NCBI GenBank assembly: GCA_051942245.1
Contig: JAVECL010000040.1
Coordinates: 61,876-81,875 of the forward strand
Direction: 5' to 3'
Length of the DNA: 20,000 nucleotides
Source of the DNA: Trypethelium eluteriae
Taxonomy: Eukaryota
A model generated the notes under the pieces. The model was not told the origin of the DNA. It did not search any database and saw nothing but the letters and a program-made list of their open reading frames with translations. The first letter of the stretch is position 1, and the number at the start of each line of letters is the position of its first letter. Below are positions 10,189 through 18,633 of this stretch, in pieces. Position numbers and translations under genes: made by a program.

Positions 10189-11714
10189 TGAAACCGTCTT
10201 TCCTCAGGGTACTGATCAAATTGCGTGCTACCAAGTGTCTCGCCGTCCCATTCCCAAATATTAACCTTTTGCACTCCATCTTGTCTCTCCTCTTGGTAGT
10301 CGCCATATGATTCTTCGTCATCGTCGATTTCCCCGATCTCTTCGATAATGAATTTCGAGCCAGTAGCTGGTCCAAAGCCGTAGGGAAACCATTTCGCAGC
10401 AGCAGCTTTTTTCGCTTCCTTTAGCCTTTGCCTATCGCCCGGATCACTGCTATAGGCTGACCTGAACGCCTCCGCGCCGGCCTTGGGTTTTCCGATCGGG
10501 TTTTTCTGGAATTGCGATAGCCGCTTCGTCACATTCTGGAAAGCACCCCAGTCAAGGTGGAGCACGTAACATGGTAGGATCTGGGCAGGGTCAAATACGA
10601 CGTATTCCAAATTGTGATTGGCCATGCACGAGTCTGTACCGTCTTTTGACTGTGTCTTTGAGCGCCAATTATCTTCCCGTGTAACGTACCAGCTCCGTCC
10701 CATCAGCGTAGCACAGACGATGAGCTTCATGCCAGGAATATCATTCGGTTTTGTCATTTTACATTCGGCGCTCGAATATGCCAAAGAGAAACGAGCCTCT
10801 GGTGAAGTGTAGATACCTCTTCCATAGGTATCCCCGCAGCTCACAGGGACCATCTCTCTCGTGTATGGATTGGGCTCTCCTGGAAGGAGAAATCCATACT
10901 TGACAATGGACCGAACAGTATGCGCCTGCGTGCCATGAAATGTGACGCAAGGTTTCGCAAGATACTCGACAAGGTCCTCTTTCCTAGCTCTATACAACTC
11001 TCCCAAGTACTCGCCCCGAGCCAAGCTCCCGTCCCTGAGGTTTCGAATGGAACATGCTGAGAGCGTCTGTCTCAGCCATGCTTGTTTGCGCTCAAATCTT
11101 TTTATGAGATCTGATCTCATTATCGTTTCACAATGGACTATACGGAGCCCTGTTTCATCTCCTAACTCTTCGCAGATCTCTCGAGGAGTTTTGCCAAGGA
11201 AACCGTGGGCGGTATCCTCGACCGTATCGAGATCGACCCCATGTTCGTGGCGGTGGACCTGTCTCAATGTTTCAGGCTCGGAGGGTCGTGCTTGTCCTGG
11301 CGATGGTTGTTGAGAACAATTTTCTTTGATGTCCGGAATATTGTCAGGTCTTATTTCAAACTTGTCGTGTTTCGTTGCCCAAATACTTCTGAAATCTTCG
11401 ATGAAAGCAAAGAGACATACTTGACCCTCGACCCAGGCGTCTCGAAGGACTTGCTGAACTAGGTCCTTACCAAAGTCGTCTGGATATTGATGCCGTGGCA
11501 AGGCTTTGAGATCTGGTGCTACAAATGGATAAGTGGCTGGAAGGCTTACAATGCAATCAACCAGTATCGGAGGAAAATTTATGAGAACCTGTGTGTCTAT
11601 GCTATCCGCTGAAACCATGGTCACAGTGGATTCGCCATAGATGGCATTAACGACCTCAATCTCCTCTTCGATTTCTCCAATTGTATCTGAGCTTGTCGAC
11701 AGCTCGAGATCCAT
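10173..11714 (-). CDS. RWD domain + PARP-like (H-Y-E) ADP-ribosyltransferase catalytic domain protein, 513 aa, intronless
   Basis: N-terminal RWD signature: EEEIEVVNAIYG...LPATYPFVAP...GQVCLFAFIE. C-terminal ART motifs: TFHGT (His codon 10937-10935), SIVKYGF, YGRGIYTS (Tyr 10811-10809), SLAYS, LIVCATLMG, EYVVFDPAQILPCYVL (Glu 10607-10605). Acidic tail EEIGEIDDDEESYGDYQEE. Confidence 0.82.
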   Translation of the reverse strand: MDLELSTSSDTIGEIEEEIEVVNAIYGESTVTMVSADSIDTQVLINFPPILVDCIVSLPATYPFVAPDLKALPRHQYPDDFGKDLVQQVLRDAWVEGQVCLFAFIEDFRSIWATKHDKFEIRPDNIPDIKENCSQQPSPGQARPSEPETLRQVHRHEHGVDLDTVEDTAHGFLGKTPREICEELGDETGLRIVHCETIMRSDLIKRFERKQAWLRQTLSACSIRNLRDGSLARGEYLGELYRARKEDLVEYLAKPCVTFHGTQAHTVRSIVKYGFLLPGEPNPYTREMVPVSCGDTYGRGIYTSPEARFSLAYSSAECKMTKPNDIPGMKLIVCATLMGRSWYVTREDNWRSKTQSKDGTDSCMANHNLEYVVFDPAQILPCYVLHLDWGAFQNVTKRLSQFQKNPIGKPKAGAEAFRSAYSSDPGDRQRLKEAKKAAAAKWFPYGFGPATGSKFIIEEIGEIDDDEESYGDYQEERQDGVQKVNIWEWDGETLGSTQFDQYPEERRFQWHTR

Positions 11715-12686
11715 AGTGGATGTAGAAATTCATCGAAAGCCAGATGCTCAGTAAACTTGGCTTCTGAGTGCAGGAAGCTTGGGAAAGAACAGAGGTTTTC
11801 CATGTTTTCCATGCAATATCTATACGGCTCACCTTTCTGTGAATACTCAAGTGCGCCAACGTGACACGAAAGACTCATACAATCGTTGTTGTAATTAAAT
11901 GAGGCTCTGACTTGTGTCGGACCATGTGAGGGAAAGGGACCCAGGCCTCGAGTCATGGCGAGCTCACGTGATCCTGCCTCTCTTCAGCATTTTACTCCGT
12001 ACCGCCCTTCTCTTGGTGATGCAACTCAGAAACATTCTTGATATCGAAACTTGATTGTCGCCCTGCAGTACCCTTGACACAATAGCTCGGCATCGAGCGG
12101 GATCTTCTTAGGATACTCTCAGCACGAACAACATGCATTTGCAGCTAAAGGCTAATGAAGCCCCGAAGACTGCGATTACACGGGGAAGCTCAAGTATTGT
12201 GTCCGAACTAGAGCGCTGTGAAGGCCTTCTGCGATATCCGCCCTTTCACTCATCGACATCACGCGGAATAACATTGATTTACAATCAAGACAACACCGGC
12301 AGTGTTAACAGTTCAGCCAGCCAGGCAAAGTGAACATTGGATGAGGTGCATCAACTGGTATATGTGAAGAAACCCAAATCTATATCTAGGTATAGGGGCA
12401 ATGGACCAAAACACCGCCAAGGAAAGAGTTTATTATGTGCATGCAAACAATGGTATCTCAATGCTTCTCCATCCCACCGTATCCCTGTCTTTGAGGTTTA
12501 CAGACTCGCACAATCTCACCAGATTCTGTCGAGCTCTTCGCTGTAAGCATTCATCCGTATCTTACCATTCATTTCCATTAATCTCTTGATCAAGCTTTGA
12601 AGCTTCGAGGGGCCCACTTTGGTCTGAGGATGACAAGCATGCATAGGCTGATTAAAGCGTGTTTAGCCGATGCTATTAGCCTTCTG

Positions 12687-14096
12687 CTATGGAGAGCCAG
12701 GATTGAATACTGGCTGGGGTAAGGGGAAAGGCTCTGGAGCCGGGAACGGTTCTGGAGGAGGCTGAAATGGTTCTGATGGGGGCTGGAATGGTTCTGGCGG
12801 AGGCTGGAATGGCTCAAAGGGTTGCTGGCCGGGCTGCTGGCCGGGCTGTTGAAAGGGCTGCTGGATGGGTTGCTGGTTGGCCTGAGGCGCCTGGAAAAAT
12901 GGTTGCGGTGGCTGTTGCGGCAGCTGTAGCGGTGGCGGAGGCAACTGTGCGTCTGCGGCCTCTTTCATTGCGATTTGTTTCGCTTTCTCTTCTGGTGAAA
13001 GAAGCTCAAAAGCTGCCACATCAGCATCCCATTTCTTGACACATTCCGGCTCCCAGTTGCATCGCTCCACCTCACCAAATACGGGATGACGGAATCGAGG
13101 GTGGTTTGTGGGCCAGCCAGAAGCATGGTAATGGTGCTTGACCAAGGCTGTGCGGGCGTTGTGGTTGCCAGAATCCGAATGACCTTGGCCTGCAGCGAAT
13201 GCTTCGACGGTGAGCACCAAAACGCCACTGACAAGTTTAGACTCTCCCATGTTGTGGAAGGTATCCCAAGTCACCTGCGAGCCGGCCCGCCGACTCATCT
13301 CTTCCAAGACTGCTCCCGTAAAAGCCGACGGACCGGTGCCGCTTATGACCTCGTCAAAGTCAAGCACAATGTCCGAGACTGCTACGTTCTGTTGCTCTGC
13401 AACTTCATTCAGCCAATGCAAAATGTTGTCTACTAGAGTCAACATAACCGGAAGGCGAGGTTTGCACATGAATGTCCATTGGCAAAAAGACTGGGATTTT
13501 TTCCCCAGGACAGAATGCTGACTGAACTCGGGCTGATCAATTTCGACCCCAATCACCATATCTACGTCCGCTTCATCGTATCGGTCCGGAATGAATCGTT
13601 CAACGGGCTTGAGTGCCTCAACGTCAATATCGGCATAGACGCCTCCTTCGACGTACATGACGAGATAGCGCAAAAGATCGGCCTTGATGATCTTCGCATT
13701 GATTGATCGATACGTGTCGACAATGTCCAATCGATTCAGACCGGTTGGACCAAAATGTGTTTCAACGTATTGCATGTCGTTATCATCCGTCAGGACTTCG
13801 TACCTGTGACCCGGGTTCTTGGCGGTCCAAGTTCTGGCAGTCGTGGAATCCCTTTCCTCGAAACCGAGAGGACCAATTTTCCAGGTCTGCCATATCTTCT
13901 TTGGGAATTTGGAGGCGATTGTCGAAGCCTGATAAGATGTGTCACGTTTGACCTTGTGGGCGTGCTTCACGGACGAGACCAGCAGATCAGCATTCAAGAG
14001 GAAGACGATGAAGACTATGCCTGCTATGTAGGCTGGCAACACCCTCCGAATCTGCTTTGGCAGCCGATTTCGAAACTGCGATGTTGTTGTATGCAT
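12687..14096 (-). CDS. OCH1/HOC1-like alpha-1,6-mannosyltransferase (GT32), type II membrane protein, 469 aa
   Basis: Likely start ATG at 14096 (MHTTTSQFRNRL), followed by a TM anchor (AYIAGIVFIVFLL). Motifs FPKKIWQTW, KADLLRYLVMYVEGGVYADID (DxD), FCQWT, TGPSAFT and VKHHYHASGW are typical of OCH1-type GT32. Confidence 0.9.
   Translation of the reverse strand: MHTTTSQFRNRLPKQIRRVLPAYIAGIVFIVFLLNADLLVSSVKHAHKVKRDTSYQASTIASKFPKKIWQTWKIGPLGFEERDSTTARTWTAKNPGHRYEVLTDDNDMQYVETHFGPTGLNRLDIVDTYRSINAKIIKADLLRYLVMYVEGGVYADIDVEALKPVERFIPDRYDEADVDMVIGVEIDQPEFSQHSVLGKKSQSFCQWTFMCKPRLPVMLTLVDNILHWLNEVAEQQNVAVSDIVLDFDEVISGTGPSAFTGAVLEEMSRRAGSQVTWDTFHNMGESKLVSGVLVLTVEAFAAGQGHSDSGNHNARTALVKHHYHASGWPTNHPRFRHPVFGEVERCNWEPECVKKWDADVAAFELLSPEEKAKQIAMKEAADAQLPPPPLQLPQQPPQPFFQAPQANQQPIQQPFQQPGQQPGQQPFEPFQPPPEPFQPPSEPFQPPPEPFPAPEPFPLPQPVFNPGSP
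12690..12945 (-). repeat. Coding Pro/Gln-rich tandem repeats in the GT32 C-terminal tail
   Basis: Three near-identical 21-bp units at 12750-12812 (PFQPP[PS]E), two identical 12-bp units at 12824-12847 (QQPG), plus QQPF/QQPI/PEPF variants. Confidence 0.85.
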
Positions 14097-15074
14097 CCTG
14101 ACGGCGGTCGCGACCTCTCCAGAAACGAGTGAGTCTTGAAGGAGGCGGGGAGGGAAAGGATGGATGGATGCATATTGGAGCTTATACACAAAGCTATCGA
14201 ATCTCAGATCTCCCCTGCACAAATTTCGGCTCGTACCATCTGCAGCGTGTGATAAGTCTAGGATTGGGGAAAAAGAGACGCCGAGGTCGACCCTGGCCGC
14301 TGCACGGAAGAATGACGCAAAATGGGGGAGCCATTGGGAGTCAATTCAGGGCCACGGGCAGGGCAAGCTAAAGGCTTGATAGCAAACATGCGAGTCTACT
14401 GCAAGCCTTTCTGCAGCTTACCACCACGCTACCGTGGCCTAATGCAGCCTACTGGTGCTGCCGTCGCCTATTGCGAATGCGGGGTAGCTCCCGAATCGGA
14501 GCGAGTACCTAATCGGTTTAGTCAGGTCCGGCGACTGGGACGATGGGAACCGTTGCAAGTGCTGGCTTCAACGTCAGCATGTACCTAGGTACTCCGCACC
14601 AGTCCCTCGCATATGATAGTATTCCAACCTCGGGCAAACGGTGGGTCCTCTCCCTTTCCATGTGATACTGCTTCCAGCCTGTCCACTCAGGCTGAACCTT
14701 CGAACCCTACTCCCCCAGTCGAGTGATGAAGTATATTGCACCAAATGCACGCCAACCTCGGCGATGGGTACTCGGAATGGATTGCTGCGCCGCGACCTCC
14801 GCTGGTGGTGAGCTATGAGAACCATGCTAAGATCAAGGATGGGTTGTCCGCGTTCTTGATTCGCCGGGAGCAGGTAGCCGATCAAGTGGGCTTTTGAGAT
14901 GTCATGCAAGTGTTCTTCACATCCGGTCCTTTTCCTCCAAATAACTTTGTCTTGAAAAAAAACACGACCGTCGACTGTCAATTTCCAAAGCCTAAGCTGC
15001 GTGGAAAGCCGTTTCCATGTTGACGGAGCTGGCGGAATCACTCGTTTGGCAAAAGGCATCGGAATTGCTCACAA

Positions 15075-16538
15075 ATGTCTTCAAGACATGAGGGGCTATT
15101 GGAGCAAGGGTACTGGGAGGATGTAAAGACGAGCGTTGAGCCTCCTGCAAAAGTTTGGCCGCCAAAGTGGAGGGTGAATATCTCACGACCAGCGTTTTTC
15201 ACCAAAACAGCTGGGCCGCGGAAACCTTTGAGGCGCACTGCCTGGCTCGACGGTGTCAGAGGATTCGCGGCTCTCCTGGTGTACTGGCATCACCATCAAT
15301 TATGGGCTCACGACGCGACTGGCAATAACAAAGTCTTCGAGAATAACTTTGGCTATGACAAAAATTACTACTTTGCTTGCCTACCCGGAGTGCGAACCTT
15401 CTTCACCGGTGGTCACTATGCGGTGACCACCTTTTTCGTCATTTCAGGATACGCCTTGGCAACGAAACCTTTATCATTGATTCATGCCGGCGATTATCAG
15501 AAACTCGGAGACAACTTAGCATCTGCGGCATTCAGACGATGGCCTCGACTATACATTCCACTGATTGGCACCACCCTTCTGTATCTGACATCTTGGCACG
15601 CCTTTGGGATTATTGCTGCAGCTGCGGACAGGAAGGCCAATTTCCGTGAAGAGCTGTGGAGTTGGTACACTGAGTTCAAAAATTTCAGCTTCGTATACCG
15701 GATTGGCGGTGAACCCTGGTTCACGTACAATTTCCATTCCTGGTCGATTCCGGTCGAATTCAAAGGTTCCATGGTCATCTACATGTCACTTCTGGCATTC
15801 TCGAGATGCACAAGGAATGCTCGCCTTTGGGCTCAGATAGGGCTCATATTCTACTTTCTGTACATTGCAGATGGCTGGTACTGTGCTCTGTTTGTCTCGG
15901 GCATGCTGCTTTGTGATCTCGATTTGCTGGCGGACAACAACTTTCTACCCCGTTTTCTGACGAAGCTGGAAGCATTCAAAGAACTCATCTTCTTCCATCT
16001 ATTCATCATCAGTGTCTATCTCGGTGGGGTTCCCTCTCAAAATGTGGATCTCAATGTTCTGCGGGCATCTCGAGGGTGGTATTATCTGTCCTTCTTGAAG
16101 CCTCAGGCTGTCTTCGACTACAAATGGTTCTTTCTCTTCTGGGCTGCTACTTTCCTCATCGCGTCGGTTCCGCGCATTCCCTGGCTCAAAAACTTCTTCG
16201 AGACGCCATTCTGCCAATATCTCGGACGCCACTGCTTTGCCTTGTATCTTGTTCACGGTCCTGTTCTCTGGACACTTGGTGACAGGGTCTACGCTGCTGT
16301 CGGCTGGGTCAGCGATAACCACCGAAACAAGATACCCAATTGGGTCAACATATTTCCAATGCCCAACGTAGGCCCACTAGGTCTTGAATTGAATTTCCTT
16401 ATACCTCATCTAGTTCTGTTGCCAGTCACGCTCTGGGTTACAGAGGTCGTTACCAAACTATTTGACGAGCCTAGCGTCAAATTCTCGCAGTGGGTATACG
16501 CGAAGACGCAACCAAAATCAGGAGCAGGAAAGCCATGA
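15075..16538 (+). CDS. Acyltransferase-3 (OafA-like) multi-pass membrane O-acyltransferase, fungal 'hard surface-induced protein 3'-like, 487 aa
   Basis: Motifs WLDGVRGFAALLV..HH, AVTTFFVISGY, FRRWPRLYIP, WSIPVEFKGS, YLGRHCFALYLVH and KLFDEPS, with many hydrophobic segments. Confidence 0.88.
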   Translation: MSSRHEGLLEQGYWEDVKTSVEPPAKVWPPKWRVNISRPAFFTKTAGPRKPLRRTAWLDGVRGFAALLVYWHHHQLWAHDATGNNKVFENNFGYDKNYYFACLPGVRTFFTGGHYAVTTFFVISGYALATKPLSLIHAGDYQKLGDNLASAAFRRWPRLYIPLIGTTLLYLTSWHAFGIIAAAADRKANFREELWSWYTEFKNFSFVYRIGGEPWFTYNFHSWSIPVEFKGSMVIYMSLLAFSRCTRNARLWAQIGLIFYFLYIADGWYCALFVSGMLLCDLDLLADNNFLPRFLTKLEAFKELIFFHLFIISVYLGGVPSQNVDLNVLRASRGWYYLSFLKPQAVFDYKWFFLFWAATFLIASVPRIPWLKNFFETPFCQYLGRHCFALYLVHGPVLWTLGDRVYAAVGWVSDNHRNKIPNWVNIFPMPNVGPLGLELNFLIPHLVLLPVTLWVTEVVTKLFDEPSVKFSQWVYAKTQPKSGAGKP

Positions 16539-16635
16539 CCGCGCGATAGAACAATCTTTTATGGGAGTTTCCGGTCGAAGGTTGCGCACGAATCTCTGTA
16601 GATTACAGCCAATGCTTTAAGAACTTGATATAATA

Positions 16636-16909
16636 TCACTTCCTACCTCTCAATCCAACCACTGAATTGTATCCGATCCGGCCATGTGAGGCTTGAGGCT
16701 TGACTGTTGCCTCGGACAATTGTGAGACGCGCTTTTTCCGCCCAGAAAGCAATGGGGAAAAAGAAATTGCTGGTCTGACCGCTGTCGGCGAATGACGAGA
16801 GCGACAACCCATGATTGAGAATGTGAAGGGCCGAGATTACAGCAAAAAATGATAAGACCAATGCGGAGAAGATCCACCTCCGAAGACGCCGGTCAAGCGG
16901 CGCCATCAT
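16636..16909 (-). CDS. Putative small type II membrane protein (65 aa if intron 16779-16704 is spliced; 88 aa unspliced) or a 5' remnant of a glycosyltransferase
   Basis: MMAPLDRRLRRW (basic) is followed by a hydrophobic segment IFSALVLSFFAVISALHIL. Candidate intron GTCAGA..pyrimidine tract..CTCAC..CAG gives the ending ...DSVKPQASHGRIGYNSVVGLRGRK*. Confidence 0.35.
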
Positions 16910-17223
16910 TGAATGACTAGGGACCTACCTATCTTAGCGTACCTTACCTTACTGATCCGCCGTATGCGGGGAGAACCGAGTTGTAGCATGCATGTGAAAG
17001 TAGGCAAGCCACTAATTCTTCATGGGCCCCATGCACGATACCTAGTTGCCGACGTACCACCCCAGACCTAGCAAAACCGTAGGTGCTAGTATGAGCTGTC
17101 AGGCTCTTTGCGCGTGACATCACGCTCCGCATCCATGCCCTTGATATACGCAGTTTTTGCTTTCTTCTGGATTATGCACGGTACCTCGAACTTTTGAGCT
17201 TCGAGCGAGCCGGTAGGTCAGCA

Positions 17224-18633
17224 ATGTTGATCAGAGAGTGGAAGCGCCTCGTGCTCTTCATCAGTCCGTTACTGTTATTCATCTTCATTGCCTTTCAATA
17301 CTATGACGGGAGCTTCAATGCCTTTTCTGGACGTGTGAGCAATTGGATCGAAAATGCCTTTCACGAAGGCTCTGGTAACCGCCAATCGACCTTACTCCAA
17401 AAGAATCCCACAATCCGGCCTTTAGATCAGCCTTCAATCCCTTTGAAAGAAGACTGGCCCCCGGCAATTCCTCACTATGAGTCTGCATCGGCAGACTCAC
17501 ACCGGGAGGTGTTCTCTACTTCAACGGCGGACAAAAAGTACTTCCTGATCAGATTTGGCGATCAAGAAGCAATGAACCCAAACATTATTCCTCATCCGAC
17601 CCTAGAAGACACCTGGATCATTGTTGCGCAACAGCAAAGGAGTGCTCAGATAAACACCGTCTGGTTTGCCGAGCTGGTCTGCAATGCTGTCTTCAAGAAT
17701 GGCGTGCTAGAGTGTATATTTCCACCGACAATTTTACCCATAGCCGCGACATCCGGCGATAAGTGCGACGGCGACCTAGATTACTTCGCTCTCAGTGTCG
17801 GGCCTCATGATGCGCGAGTTTTCTATGGTCCAAAAACACCCTATGCTTTGTTCGGATCCAATTCCATGTACACATGTTTTGGACAATGGATGCAAGACTT
17901 CAGGACATTAGTGGATTGGGGTTTCGAGATGTTTCTGAAGGAAGACTTTAGACAAGCAACCGAGCTTCAGCGACCTCCGCCATACAGAGCCGTCGAAAAG
18001 AACTGGTTCCTTTTCTGGGACAAACATGGGGACATATATGCCCACTACGATGTCTCACCCAAACGAGTATTTGCCAAGCTAGACCACGATGGCTCTATCG
18101 GGCCAGACCTTGGGCCCAAAGCCGCAGCTAATGACGACGAATGCATGGCAAGATACATGCCCAAACTTGCCCCGGAACTAGAGTCCATCCACCAAGCAAC
18201 CAACTCTCTGCTCATAACGTTATGCAAACGTTCTGATCCATCCTGTCAGGCAGATGCTTCCAACACCTTCATTTTCACCATCTTCCAGCACAAGAGCTTT
18301 TACTCTTTCCACAGCGAATACGAGCCGTACGTCATGCTATACCAGCAGGCCGCTCCGTTCGAGATTTATGCCATTTCCGAAAAGCCCTTCTGGATTCATG
18401 GTCGTAGAAAGCAGGCACTCGATCCAGCATCCGCTGCAGATCCGCAATCGCGAGGTCAGACAGAAATGTTCTACCTCACCTCGATGAGTTGGAAGCGGCG
18501 CGGTCAGAAATACCACGGGTATCTCGACGACGTGCTATTCATTTCATTCGGTATTGAAGATGCGAAGACTGGCGGGATTGATGTTGTAGCCAGCGATCTT
18601 ATGCAAGATCTCGGTCTTTGTTCGAATGTATAA
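17224..18633 (+). CDS. Uncharacterised type II membrane protein, 469 aa, with beta-mannosyltransferase (GT91)/GH130-like beta-propeller motifs
   Basis: ATG at 17224 (MLIREWKR, then TM LVLFISPLLLFIFIAF) and a Pro-rich stem. Motifs MNPNII, GPHDARVF, EKNWFLF, FEIYAIS and FISFGIEDAKTG resemble NP / EDPR / EKNW / ..YG..D of 5-bladed propeller GH130/BMT-type enzymes. The CDS is confident; the function is inferred. Confidence 0.7.
   Translation: MLIREWKRLVLFISPLLLFIFIAFQYYDGSFNAFSGRVSNWIENAFHEGSGNRQSTLLQKNPTIRPLDQPSIPLKEDWPPAIPHYESASADSHREVFSTSTADKKYFLIRFGDQEAMNPNIIPHPTLEDTWIIVAQQQRSAQINTVWFAELVCNAVFKNGVLECIFPPTILPIAATSGDKCDGDLDYFALSVGPHDARVFYGPKTPYALFGSNSMYTCFGQWMQDFRTLVDWGFEMFLKEDFRQATELQRPPPYRAVEKNWFLFWDKHGDIYAHYDVSPKRVFAKLDHDGSIGPDLGPKAAANDDECMARYMPKLAPELESIHQATNSLLITLCKRSDPSCQADASNTFIFTIFQHKSFYSFHSEYEPYVMLYQQAAPFEIYAISEKPFWIHGRRKQALDPASAADPQSRGQTEMFYLTSMSWKRRGQKYHGYLDDVLFISFGIEDAKTGGIDVVASDLMQDLGLCSNV

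Noticed and set aside
12133..12589. Three short plus-strand ORFs between RWD-PARP and GT32
   Set aside because: No recognisable domain or convincing splice pattern.
14097..14222. 42-aa N-terminal extension of the GT32 ORF
   Set aside because: It begins at a non-ATG codon. ATG 14096 gives a normal short cytosolic tail before the TM helix.
14574..15059. 161-aa minus-strand ORF in the divergent promoter
   Set aside because: No motifs and an atypical composition; it occupies the acyltransferase promoter/5' UTR.
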